From a virus, in the IMG/VR virus record IMGVR_UViG_3300045988_160579: 63,236 nucleotides of DNA, one strand, 5' to 3'. The number at the start of each line of letters is the position of its first letter. The first letter of the stretch is position 1. Positions 44,001 to 53,008 of the stretch are shown here, piece by piece. The position numbers and the translations under genes were made by a program. The notes beneath the pieces are model-generated. The model did no database searches, had not been told where the DNA came from, and saw only the letters and a program-made list of their open reading frames with translations.

Positions 44001-44210
44001 TCAAGTAGAAGTAATTCCGCAATGGGTACATTTTTTCATTTCACGTCCTGAATCATCTATAATCCGATTACGCGGCTTACGACGAATTAGAGTACAACTT
44101 TTACACTTCTCATCAGTTTCGCGGTGCCGCCGGCAATGTGGTAAGGATTTTGCTCCACATTTAGCAAACACTTTACAATCTCTACGAGGTATTGATTGAC
44201 ACACATTCAT
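44001..44210 (-). CDS. small Cys-rich hypothetical protein
   Basis: 69 aa with several CxxC-like pairs. 4-nt overlap with the upstream gene. Confidence 0.4.
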   Translation of the reverse strand: MNVCQSIPRRDCKVFAKCGAKSLPHCRRHRETDEKCKSCTLIRRKPRNRIIDDSGREMKKCTHCGITST

Positions 44211-44671
44211 GGCTTCCTCGCATTCAAGAATTTATTTACTACACGAGAAAGTACATCCTCATTCTCCGGCATCAGCCATTCTTTTGCAACGTTCCAAGCA
44301 ATACTCATAGCAGGATTGAAGTTATCCTTCCTGACTGTGTGATGAGACAAACGTCCTTCAGTGGGCTTCAAACCCTTATCATGTAAGATACACAGTCCAT
44401 TCTCGAAAAAAGCACAATACCCCTTACCAGCAACGGGCTGAATCATCGGAATAGCAATATTAATAACCCCTAAGAATATACCAGCAGCCCAGTTCGTCAG
44501 CGCTAACCTGTCGGCATAACCTGCATCAATAATTCGTTCAATATCATCAGGAGTACCTAAACATGGCGTATGACATTGTTGTTTACAAACACTGCATGAG
44601 CATTGTACAGGTACACGACCTGAAGCCCTCATTACCCTTTGTAATGAGGTTTCTTTTGATAATTCTCTCAT
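44207..44671 (-). CDS. cysteine-cluster protein (YkgJ/CxxCxxCC-like)
   Basis: 154 aa. CSCSVCKQQCHTPC and GYCAFFENGLCILHDKGLKP. Confidence 0.4.
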   Translation of the reverse strand: MRELSKETSLQRVMRASGRVPVQCSCSVCKQQCHTPCLGTPDDIERIIDAGYADRLALTNWAAGIFLGVINIAIPMIQPVAGKGYCAFFENGLCILHDKGLKPTEGRLSHHTVRKDNFNPAMSIAWNVAKEWLMPENEDVLSRVVNKFLNARKP

Positions 44672-44699
44672 AGTAAATTATTTGAGATACTACAAATTA

Positions 44700-45347
44700 T
44701 TAAACATCGCCCCACAGCTTTACTGCAAGGTCATAATTTTTTTTAGCCTCTTTTACTGCTTTATTGGCATAAGCCATAGCGTATGTATGCTCGCGTCGGT
44801 ACTTACCGGACTTCAATCCTTCGTGATATTCTTTTGCTTGTTCCAACTTATGTTCGTAGAAATCTATACTTTCCGGCATGGACAAGTTTATCGTATTAGC
44901 CCTTTTTTCCCAATACTTCGCAACTCTTTCATGTTCGGCAGCCTTATCGCTAAACTCAACGCTTTTCCCCATATTGTTCCACGCATCATCTATCGCTTTT
45001 CTGTGTCGCTTCTCGCTATGATGTCCCACTTTGATAGGCTCACCTAGAGAAAGAAAATCCTTATCTTTATTGGACTTGTTGTAATATTCACAGCTTTTCT
45101 GTACAGCAGATGTAGCCCATTCATGACGACGTTCAGCTCTTTGTTTGGCCCACTCTTGCACATTAAAGCCATCAGCCCGTACGATTGAGTAGTAATAGAA
45201 TCCATCACGTTCGTAAATGAGGTTGAAAACAATACATTCATTTTCTTTTCCATACTTGGTGGTAACTTCAATAGTTTCACCTTTTTCGTGCTTCTCATCA
45301 CACTTTGCCAAAAATACATTTGGCGCAAATTTGTAATACGTGTTCAT
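44700..45347 (-). CDS. DUF3560-like protein
   Basis: 215 aa. GEPIKVGHHSEKRHRKAIDDAWNNMGKSVEFSDKAAEHERVAKYWEKRA. Confidence 0.5.
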   Translation of the reverse strand: MNTYYKFAPNVFLAKCDEKHEKGETIEVTTKYGKENECIVFNLIYERDGFYYYSIVRADGFNVQEWAKQRAERRHEWATSAVQKSCEYYNKSNKDKDFLSLGEPIKVGHHSEKRHRKAIDDAWNNMGKSVEFSDKAAEHERVAKYWEKRANTINLSMPESIDFYEHKLEQAKEYHEGLKSGKYRREHTYAMAYANKAVKEAKKNYDLAVKLWGDV

Positions 45348-45395
45348 TTTTTTAATTAAATTGGTTTGACTTATATGAAAAATGAGAAACCACAG

Positions 45396-45971
45396 CTACT
45401 TAGCCGTGGTTTCATCATTAAATAACTTTGGTTGACTGGGTTGAACCAAATCATCGAATAAACCAGGAACACGAGGTTGTAACGCCTTGTATTCTTCCTG
45501 AAAGAATTCTTCTTTGGTTCTCCCATGTTTTTTACCCTTTCGTGTATGTACATCGAAAGTGTAATCTGGAATAGGAATAGGATAACGCCTGACATCATTT
45601 ATCCACTTTTCTATATCAATATCCTTTCTATCATAGATGAAGTTTTGCAAATGATCCGCATCACGATTCTTTCTACATTCACAAAGGAGAATGACAGCTT
45701 TACTCACAAATATCCTCCCTTTGGGTTCAGTAGCAACCTTGTTTACCAGCTCATGTCCCTGCCATAATGCTTCTATCTCTTTCGTAATGATTCCAAAACA
45801 GTCTTCAGCACTAATGGTAAACAAACGCTTCCACACATAGTCGCGGTACCCACTCGCCCAAAGTTCCAATGCAAAAAAGCCGGCTACCCCGGTGTCGGCT
45901 CGTCTAATGGCTTTCTGCATTGCAGAACTCACCTCAAAGAAATCATATCCGCAAATTGTTCTAATAATCAT
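45396..45971 (-). CDS. hypothetical protein with MgsA C-terminal-like helical motif
   Basis: 191 aa. FFEVSSAMQKAIRRADTGVAGFFALELWASGY. Confidence 0.4.
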   Translation of the reverse strand: MIIRTICGYDFFEVSSAMQKAIRRADTGVAGFFALELWASGYRDYVWKRLFTISAEDCFGIITKEIEALWQGHELVNKVATEPKGRIFVSKAVILLCECRKNRDADHLQNFIYDRKDIDIEKWINDVRRYPIPIPDYTFDVHTRKGKKHGRTKEEFFQEEYKALQPRVPGLFDDLVQPSQPKLFNDETTAK

Positions 45972-46075
45972 AATTCTAATTTAATGGTTTGACTTTTAAT
46001 TGATTACATCAGTAAAATTAGCTAAAAAAGACGAATATGGCAAACAGAATGGACACCATTTAAGCGCCTTTTTTA
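45972..46075 (-). promoter_or_regulatory. repeated promoter/operator cassette, copy 2 (degenerate upstream half)
   Basis: aattctaatttaatGGTTTGACTTTTAAT..ATTACATCAGTAAA is identical or near-identical to copy 4. TTTG-N20-TAATTTTA. The AAAATGGCG repeats are degenerate. Confidence 0.5.
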
Positions 46076-46082
46076 CAGACTA

Positions 46083-46835
46083 TTAGAATTTGAATTTGCA
46101 TGATATATTATATTGAACGAGCTGCTTTGTTTTGTCTTTCCCATTAGTGGTTGCACTCTTTAGCAAAATACTATCACCAAAATTCTTTTTGATAAAGAGG
46201 ATAGATTTACGTTCCTCTTCCTGATTCCTTATAGAAGCAAGCCCGCCAGCATTTACAAAAGTGTTCTTTTGCTCAAAATTATACCGCAAATCGGTTAAAA
46301 CCTTACGCTCTTTGTACTTCATATAACAAGAAATCCAAAAATCTTCCTTCAAACGTATTTCCTCGTTCCACCAGGTGTTTTTGTTATAGATTACTCCATA
46401 GCTACAACCGGTTATCATTTTCGAAAGAGAAAGAAAAGCAGATTCATCATACATTACCGGCGATATCCGAGCGGTGAAGCCAAACAGATGAACATCCATC
46501 ATACTGGCCATTTCATATAATGACTGAATGATGTTAGTTATCTTATCTTTATCCTTTATCCGGCTAGGTTCTCCTTTTTCCGCATAAATAGGTTTACAGG
46601 CATGGACATCATCATCGAGCATGAAGAGCTCACCAAAATGTTTCGCCATCCAATTACGTTTAGGGATGAGGCCGATTACATCGTCCGGATGAGTAACTAT
46701 TTCACATTCCGGGTTAAACTGCTGGTACAAGTCAGCTTGACTTTCGGCAACGCAAATGATAGGATCGTTCACCAACTTTTTAGCGAACACCCGGTCATGG
46801 CGTTTATGACTTGGTATTACTATCTTGCAGGGCAT
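46083..46835 (-). CDS. hypothetical protein, possible GT-A-like glycosyltransferase
   Basis: 250 aa. KIVIPSHKRHDRV near the N-terminus and FMLDDDVH (DxD-like). Weak assignment. Confidence 0.35.
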   Translation of the reverse strand: MPCKIVIPSHKRHDRVFAKKLVNDPIICVAESQADLYQQFNPECEIVTHPDDVIGLIPKRNWMAKHFGELFMLDDDVHACKPIYAEKGEPSRIKDKDKITNIIQSLYEMASMMDVHLFGFTARISPVMYDESAFLSLSKMITGCSYGVIYNKNTWWNEEIRLKEDFWISCYMKYKERKVLTDLRYNFEQKNTFVNAGGLASIRNQEEERKSILFIKKNFGDSILLKSATTNGKDKTKQLVQYNISCKFKF

Positions 46836-47460
46836 GGCGAACGTCTTTTATATCAATTACATTGGATTTACTTATTTTCCCGGTCTTGTACGACTTCATG
46901 TGCTGCATATCCAGCCTTTCACGAAGCCAGTTGCTATCTACCTCATTACTTGATGTGATGATAAACAACTCATGTTTTTCGTCATACTTTGGAATGAGAG
47001 GATAAATGGCTGTATCATCCGTAATGGTATCGAAGCGCTCTTTAAATTCATCCTCTTTCTTCTCTGGGGCAAATTCGATACCCCAGTCTTGGAGTTCCGC
47101 CTTATTCCACTCGTTTTCCATAACGTCCAAATCATTCTCACCAAAATTGACATTATCTTTAGTGGCATATTCCCTCAACTTCTTAACGGGGGTATCAGGT
47201 GCCAGGATTTTACAGGATAGTTCTTTATAACCTAACTCCTTGCAAGCTCGCAAACGTAAATTACCACAAACAACAATATATCTGCCATCATTGTAGGGAA
47301 AAACTATAAGTTCTCGAAGCTCAAGCATCTCTGGCGAATCCTGAATGCTTTTCTTCATCGCTTCAAAGCGGTAATCACGAAAAAAACGTGGATTTTTCGG
47401 CAATCCCGTGAGCTGCCCCTTATTAAAATCAAGTAGGCAGACTTGAATAATCTCTGTCAT
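46804..47460 (-). CDS. ParB N-terminal domain (nuclease-like) protein
   Basis: 218 aa. IVVCGNLRLRACKELGYKE matches the GxRRxRA ParB box. Confidence 0.6.
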   Translation of the reverse strand: MTEIIQVCLLDFNKGQLTGLPKNPRFFRDYRFEAMKKSIQDSPEMLELRELIVFPYNDGRYIVVCGNLRLRACKELGYKELSCKILAPDTPVKKLREYATKDNVNFGENDLDVMENEWNKAELQDWGIEFAPEKKEDEFKERFDTITDDTAIYPLIPKYDEKHELFIITSSNEVDSNWLRERLDMQHMKSYKTGKISKSNVIDIKDVRHALQDSNTKS

Positions 47461-47520
47461 AACTAACTATATTAAAATCAACAACACAAAATCAACAACA
47501 CAAACAGTCAGTAACAACAC

Positions 47521-47814
47521 CTAATCATTTTTTCTATCATCGAACTCTATCTTATCTTTGATAAGCTGTTCAATGTCCTCACAACCAAATCTTTTTAAAT
47601 AGGCAACAAGGTAAATTATCATCTCGGCTGCCAATTCTTCATCTTCCGAATATTTAGGAAGATTATCACTCCTATATTTAGAAGCAATATCGAATTTTCT
47701 CCAAACAGCTTCAATTCTTATGCTAAACGCTTTTCTTGAGCTATGCTCATTCATCTTAAAGCGCTTCTTCATGATATTCAAGCATCTTTGGGCAAACCTA
47801 TTCAATGTTATCAT
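47521..47814 (-). CDS. small hypothetical protein, possibly MazG-like NTP pyrophosphohydrolase
   Basis: 97 aa. EELAAEMIIYLVAYLKRFGCEDIEQLIKDKIEF. Confidence 0.35.
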   Translation of the reverse strand: MITLNRFAQRCLNIMKKRFKMNEHSSRKAFSIRIEAVWRKFDIASKYRSDNLPKYSEDEELAAEMIIYLVAYLKRFGCEDIEQLIKDKIEFDDRKND

Positions 47815-47919
47815 ATCGATCGGGTTAAATTGTTAGACTATGAATAATCTCACATGATTCTTTTAGGCTGGTCCCTGATGCGAAACCAATAAACATATTC
47901 TTTATCTATCAGCATACTA

Positions 47920-48360
47920 TTATTTATTTTGAGGATCTGTTGTATCCAAATACTTCCTGTATTCCAATTCTGTTTTGGCAAGATTGATTACGGTATTAAC
48001 CCCTTGGAAAACTTGTTTTGCTTGGCTCACTTTACTAGGATCTTCTTTCACATCCTTAATTTGTTGAAGAACCAAATTCCTCAAATCTTGTAAAATGGTA
48101 GGGTTCACTGTAGACACCTTATTCAACCGTTCATTAGCCAACACGACAACTGTGTTTGTTATTGGCCGGAAACGATTCAATTTGGAAGCCAAATCAAACA
48201 TACTAAATACCAATACTTTGCCATTATTCAAGTATATTTCAACTTCGGTACCATCATCACCAGTACCGTCACAGTAATTGAGAATTACAACTTCTTCATT
48301 CTGATAAAGGAATGGTTTATTAACCATTTCTTTCAATCTATCTATTGCTCCATCAGTCAT
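47920..48360 (-). CDS. hypothetical protein (146 aa)
   Basis: ORF track. 4-nt overlap with the upstream HNH gene. Confidence 0.5.
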   Translation of the reverse strand: MTDGAIDRLKEMVNKPFLYQNEEVVILNYCDGTGDDGTEVEIYLNNGKVLVFSMFDLASKLNRFRPITNTVVVLANERLNKVSTVNPTILQDLRNLVLQQIKDVKEDPSKVSQAKQVFQGVNTVINLAKTELEYRKYLDTTDPQNK

Positions 48361-49121
48361 GATTCATTCTTTTTTGTTGCTTTATTAATTTGTCTATTCA
48401 AAGCTCCTTTTAGCTTGATTAGGTATTGAACATCTTCCGGATATCGGGCATACAAAGAATTCTCTTTTTTTAATTGTTCAGGACGACTAATCATGTAAAG
48501 GTTCTCAATGGAAACGTTTTGCCTGTTGCCATCCTTAAACTGAATATTATAACCAGGGGGGGATTCTCCATTATGCTCAATCCATACAAGCCGATGTTTA
48601 AGTTCAAAGACATTCGGTTCGGCAGTTTTCACTTCAATGTAACCGTCACGAGTTATGCGTTCATAACCGACTGGTTTATGATTTTTGGGGATATGTCCTT
48701 TCTTAAATCGAGTAGCTTTCGTTTTTGCCAATTGTTCCTCTGACATATATTCCGTTTGCTTACGTCCCTTGTTCATCGGTTGGTGGCCTTTGGGAAAGAA
48801 GCTTTTAGAAGCGCATTGAAATTTAAATTCTTTAGATTTAAAGAGCCGTAATTTAAATGCAATTCCATTTACAGCAGAATAAGTGGTACCTAATATCTGT
48901 GCTATTTCCTCATTAGTATGATTGGGATACAACTTTTTCAATTTATCAAGTCTCTCACTATTCCAAAACGAGATTCTCGGAGAGCGCCTAAGTTTTCGAA
49001 TCAAGGCCTTTGTTTTAACAGCACTAAGTGTTTTATCAAGACGCCTAGCAAGTTCTTTTAAATCAGCAGTCGGGTACTCACTGTCAAGTATAGCAAGTTG
49101 TTCGCCAGTCCACGTTTTCAT
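48357..49121 (-). CDS. HNH (HNH_3-type) homing-endonuclease-like protein with N-terminal HTH repeats
   Basis: 254 aa. LKHRLVWIEHNGESPPGYNIQFKDGNRQNVSIENLYMISR. Confidence 0.65.
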   Translation of the reverse strand: MKTWTGEQLAILDSEYPTADLKELARRLDKTLSAVKTKALIRKLRRSPRISFWNSERLDKLKKLYPNHTNEEIAQILGTTYSAVNGIAFKLRLFKSKEFKFQCASKSFFPKGHQPMNKGRKQTEYMSEEQLAKTKATRFKKGHIPKNHKPVGYERITRDGYIEVKTAEPNVFELKHRLVWIEHNGESPPGYNIQFKDGNRQNVSIENLYMISRPEQLKKENSLYARYPEDVQYLIKLKGALNRQINKATKKNES

Positions 49122-49148
49122 AAGTGCGTCAATAAAGAGAGGAAACCA

Positions 49149-50867
49149 CTAGGCTTCCTCTGTGTTATCGTTATTTAGCTCTTTCAGTCTTTCTTTGAGC
49201 TTCTTTTCTTTCTTATCATATGAATCCGCAAGTTTCTTAGAGAGCGCTTTGAAATCATCCGGATATTGTTCTGCAAAAAGGATTTTCTGACACTTTTGCA
49301 AATAGGAGTAGAAATTCACATTATTCGATGATAAGCATTCAGCAATAAAGGCTCTATACCATTGGTGTCGGTCAGCTTGGTTGTTTTTGACATAATTTAC
49401 AAAATCACTCTCACCATTCCATTTTTTCAAATTCAGTTTTTCAAGATAAGTACTGCTACAACCGCTAAGAACCAGCACATCAAAAACAAGTTGTTCATTT
49501 TCAGAGAATTCTTTTGTTCTCTGATAATATGTTTTCTCTTGCGCCCACTTACGCATTTCTTCAGCAGACTTCTCCTTGACTATATCCTTCGCTCTTTTTA
49601 ATTGGGCGTTTATTTTTTCCCTTTCTATCTCTTTTAGATCGGCAACGGCGGAAGTAGAGGAAGCCGTTTCTTTTCTAACATAATAGAAACTAACGTTAAA
49701 TTCGGGAGAATAATGTCCAAAAAATGAAAGACAACGATAAACTTCTCCATCTTCAAGCATTTTCAAAGTGCGTTCATCATCTTCTGAATACCAGCACTTA
49801 CATCTAAAGATTTCATCAGGATCAACTATTTCAAATCCAAGTTGTTTAACAGCTTCCAAAGTTTTTTCATAGAAAACCTTTCTATCTTCTCCCCAATATG
49901 TATCAGGACGTCTAGCGATAATTACTGTTTTTCCAAATGAAAGAGGTTCGCCAACTTTAACAAGATGTTCATATTCTAGTTGAATTTTCCGCGTCACATA
50001 AGCAATTTGTTTTTTCTCATAGCAAGCAGCATTGATACATCTAGCATCCTTACTATTCATTTCATAGAACAAACAACCATGATTACACGTATTATTCTCA
50101 CATTGAGAACATGATTTAATATCAGTATTTTCCCAATTATCGGAATCATCTTTAATCCAAGGTGCGTTACCAAGCTCCATGAAAGAATTACTCACAAATT
50201 CTCGAATCATAGCAGTAGTACATTGTTCTTCCTCCTCCTCATGAAACTCTTTTTGAGTATCTTCATCCAATTTAGAAAGAATCATAGCACCGGACAATGG
50301 TATATCTCCATTTCTTACCCGCTCTTTTAGTTCAGGAATAAGAGAATTCAATTTAATACGGTCAAATACAAACCGGGTAGACTTTCCTATTTTAAGAGCG
50401 ATATCTTCCAAAGTTCGTCCTTTTTCAGCCAACTGCGCAAAGGCAAAAGCTTCTTCGATGGGATCAACATCTTTTCTTTGAAGATTCTCGGTAATCATCG
50501 CTTCAAAAGCCTCATCATCTGTCATTTCTCTGACAATGCAGGAAATCGCTTGGAATTGTTCTGATTTCTTGCGATGTGCCTTGATTTTAGCAACATTCTC
50601 TTTATCTTCCTTCTCTTTCAATAGTGATACAGCACGGAAGCGGCGCTCACCACATACAATTTCATACGAACAGGGAATTGTTGTCACATCACCAGTCTCC
50701 AAGTTGGTCACATCCTCGGATTTGGCAACTCGAACAGTGATAGGCTGTAATAAGCCTTGTTTCTCAATATTACTTGCAAGCTCTTGAAGAGCTACTTCAT
50801 CAAAAGTCTTTCTCGGATTCAAAGGAGAAGGACTGATAAGGTCAATTCTAATGTTTTGTACTTCCAT
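49149..50867 (-). CDS. large ParB-family protein
   Basis: 572 aa. N-terminal IDLISPSPLNPRK...GLLQPITVR...VCGERRFRAV. Cys-rich middle region. Confidence 0.7.
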   Translation of the reverse strand: MEVQNIRIDLISPSPLNPRKTFDEVALQELASNIEKQGLLQPITVRVAKSEDVTNLETGDVTTIPCSYEIVCGERRFRAVSLLKEKEDKENVAKIKAHRKKSEQFQAISCIVREMTDDEAFEAMITENLQRKDVDPIEEAFAFAQLAEKGRTLEDIALKIGKSTRFVFDRIKLNSLIPELKERVRNGDIPLSGAMILSKLDEDTQKEFHEEEEEQCTTAMIREFVSNSFMELGNAPWIKDDSDNWENTDIKSCSQCENNTCNHGCLFYEMNSKDARCINAACYEKKQIAYVTRKIQLEYEHLVKVGEPLSFGKTVIIARRPDTYWGEDRKVFYEKTLEAVKQLGFEIVDPDEIFRCKCWYSEDDERTLKMLEDGEVYRCLSFFGHYSPEFNVSFYYVRKETASSTSAVADLKEIEREKINAQLKRAKDIVKEKSAEEMRKWAQEKTYYQRTKEFSENEQLVFDVLVLSGCSSTYLEKLNLKKWNGESDFVNYVKNNQADRHQWYRAFIAECLSSNNVNFYSYLQKCQKILFAEQYPDDFKALSKKLADSYDKKEKKLKERLKELNNDNTEEA

Positions 50868-50971
50868 AATTTAATTATATTGGTTTGACTTTTAATTCAT
50901 TACATCAGTAAAGTTATCGTAAAATAACAAGTTATGCAAACAGAAACTTCGCCATTTTAACGCCATTTTCA
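50868..50971 (-). promoter_or_regulatory. repeated promoter/operator cassette, copy 3
   Basis: AAAATGGCG x2 (50969-50961, 50958-50950), TTTG-N20-TAACTTTA, and the AAAAGTCAAACC box (50893-50882), 14 nt before the ATG. Confidence 0.55.
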
Positions 50972-51190
50972 TGCGGGCTTATTACGTATTTGAATGAAGC
51001 CACGTTTTTCCGTTTCCCGAAGCAATTCCATATCTTCCTCACGGATATAACAATCCGTTTCACCATTAACAGTTGTGTGATTAGGAATACCAAAACGCTC
51101 CCGTATTCTTCTTTTCACTTCAGGAATATCTTCAAGTTTGATATGCCTAGTGTTCCAGTAAATTGTCACCTTCTGCTTCTTGTTTGCCAT
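50969..51190 (-). CDS. hypothetical protein (73 aa)
   Basis: ORF track. Confidence 0.45.
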   Translation of the reverse strand: MANKKQKVTIYWNTRHIKLEDIPEVKRRIRERFGIPNHTTVNGETDCYIREEDMELLRETEKRGFIQIRNKPA

Positions 51191-51794
51191 TTTCTCTTTT
51201 GTTTAGATAAGAGATTATTTCATTTGAGAGACTTAACGCTTTAGCAGCTTCTTCATCTCCTTGCTCAACTCTAAGTTTGAGTTCGTTCCGGTATTCTTCA
51301 TACGACAAGCCACTTGTAAAACTCGTTTCCCCTGACAATTTAGCCTTATGAGTATTCCATGACTGATTATCAGCAACAGCACAACGTTCTTTGTTGTATT
51401 CACGAAGCCATCCCATAATGATAGAACCATCAATACGATTGTAATTTTCACCATATTTCATTTTCATTGCATTCTTGAAACACAGTTTAAAATCATCAGT
51501 TTTCATATAGGGATATTCTTCAATGATTAAATCTACTGTAGTAGCAACTTGGGTAGCAGACATTGTATTACTAACATTGAAAAACTCCAAGGCATCAGCT
51601 ATCAATATGACCAGCACTGCTCTAGCCTGTGGTTCACCAAACTTTCTTATGATAGTGCCAATAGAAGGTTCATCACTTTGAAATACATCTTCAACCTTCT
51701 TTGGGCATAGAGCTTTGCAGTAGTTCTTCGGCGAGGTCCGTAAGACTGCTAACCGATTCTCTTCTTGTGGCCGCAGTATCAGTTCGTTTTCCAT
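51147..51794 (-). CDS. hypothetical protein (215 aa)
   Basis: ORF track. The 5' end overlaps the upstream ORF by ~100 nt, so the true start is uncertain. Confidence 0.45.
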   Translation of the reverse strand: MENELILRPQEENRLAVLRTSPKNYCKALCPKKVEDVFQSDEPSIGTIIRKFGEPQARAVLVILIADALEFFNVSNTMSATQVATTVDLIIEEYPYMKTDDFKLCFKNAMKMKYGENYNRIDGSIIMGWLREYNKERCAVADNQSWNTHKAKLSGETSFTSGLSYEEYRNELKLRVEQGDEEAAKALSLSNEIISYLNKRENGKQEAEGDNLLEH

Positions 51795-52503
51795 TATAAT
51801 TACCTTCTAAAATATTTGTAAATTTTGTAGGCAAGAATATCCAGTCAAAAGTGCACCTCCAATTTTTATCGTTTTGTCCAAGCAAGAAAGGACTGTCTAA
51901 AACCAATTGGAACACATCGAATATAGCTTGCTTCCCGTATTGTGCGACACGTGCTTTAATAGCTTTCTTTCGTTTTGCATCTATGGACTTTATAGCAGGA
52001 AGTTTACCTTTAAACGTGGAATTAAAATAATCCATTAGCCCACCCCAATCAATCTTTTCCTCGGGGAACAAAGAAAGCTCGTCTTTCTTTGATTCTCCTT
52101 TAGGAGAAGTTTCTTTCTTTTTTAAATGAGAATCATTATCATCTACATAATCATTATCATATTCATTATCATTATCGGGTTTTGTGGGTTCTTTTGGGTT
52201 TCCAAATAACCCAGTGGGTTTTGTGGGTTCTTTGGGTTCTTTTGGGTTTTCACTTTTCGGACGTCCCCCCTTAGAACCATTGCTCTTATTCCTTTCCACA
52301 ATAGACATATACTTTTCAGTATCCCTGTCTATATCTATCTTTATAAAGTTGAAAGCAATATTTGCCATAGGTTTCAACCCCCGAAGATTTCCCGTTGTCG
52401 CATACTCAATTATGCTTTCGTAAATCTCCAGCCTGACATCATCCGGCAAATCCTTGATTGCTTCTCTCCACCCTTTATAAAAGATGAATGAATTTCTTTC
52501 CAT
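51691..52503 (-). CDS. replisome-organizer-like protein (conserved phage C-terminus)
   Basis: 270 aa. N-terminal FIFYKGWREAIKDLPDDVRLEIYESIIEY, C-terminal FLLGQNDKNWRCTFDWIFLPTKFTNILEGNY. Internal PKEPTKP repeats. Confidence 0.5.
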   Translation of the reverse strand: MERNSFIFYKGWREAIKDLPDDVRLEIYESIIEYATTGNLRGLKPMANIAFNFIKIDIDRDTEKYMSIVERNKSNGSKGGRPKSENPKEPKEPTKPTGLFGNPKEPTKPDNDNEYDNDYVDDNDSHLKKKETSPKGESKKDELSLFPEEKIDWGGLMDYFNSTFKGKLPAIKSIDAKRKKAIKARVAQYGKQAIFDVFQLVLDSPFLLGQNDKNWRCTFDWIFLPTKFTNILEGNYNGKRTDTAATRRESVSSLTDLAEELLQSSMPKEG

Positions 52504-52538
52504 ATTTTAAGGGATTATACTCCGATTAGTAATAAAAC

Positions 52539-53003
52539 TCACAGACCTTTTGCTTCCTTCAGTTTTTTCGCTTCTTCCTTGTAATGAGTAATCAGCTTTT
52601 CTAATTGAAAGTCACTAAATTGCTTAGTAACATTTTTCTTGGCTTCCAGGATCAGCACATTTCGTTCACCATACTTGGCAACTAGACGTCTGCGATAATC
52701 CTGAATATTTCCTTCCATGAAGCGGTTACAATGTGAACATTGAGCATTGCAGTTCATTTCATCAAAGCGAGTACTCATGTGTTGGCGGTTGATGTAATGA
52801 CCGCAATCTGCTTTATTGAAAGGCTTTATTTTACCACATGAAATACACTGAAAATATCCATTAGGCATCGTATCACGATAACGGATGAATAAACTAAATA
52901 TTCTGTCTAGTTTATCGACAAGATCAGGTTTCTTCTTGACCTTAACACCTTCTACCTCGAAAAGAGGCTTTTTCTTTTCTTTCTTCTTGTAATTTCTCCA
53001 CAT
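52539..53003 (-). CDS. ninG: NinG/Rap-like recombination protein
   Basis: Track ORF extends to 53057; likely start is MWRNYKK. FSLFIRYRDT...CISCG...CGHYINR...RFDEMNCNAQCSHCNRFMEGN. Confidence 0.7.
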   Translation of the reverse strand: MWRNYKKKEKKKPLFEVEGVKVKKKPDLVDKLDRIFSLFIRYRDTMPNGYFQCISCGKIKPFNKADCGHYINRQHMSTRFDEMNCNAQCSHCNRFMEGNIQDYRRRLVAKYGERNVLILEAKKNVTKQFSDFQLEKLITHYKEEAKKLKEAKGL

Positions 53004-53008
53004 GATAA

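Noticed and set aside
52141-52260. Tandem repeats that might be mistaken for a CRISPR-like or minisatellite array.
   Set aside because: There are only two to three imperfect copies, with no spacers. They lie in frame inside a coding region, where they encode a PKEPTKP linker. They are kept only as a weak origin/iteron hypothesis.
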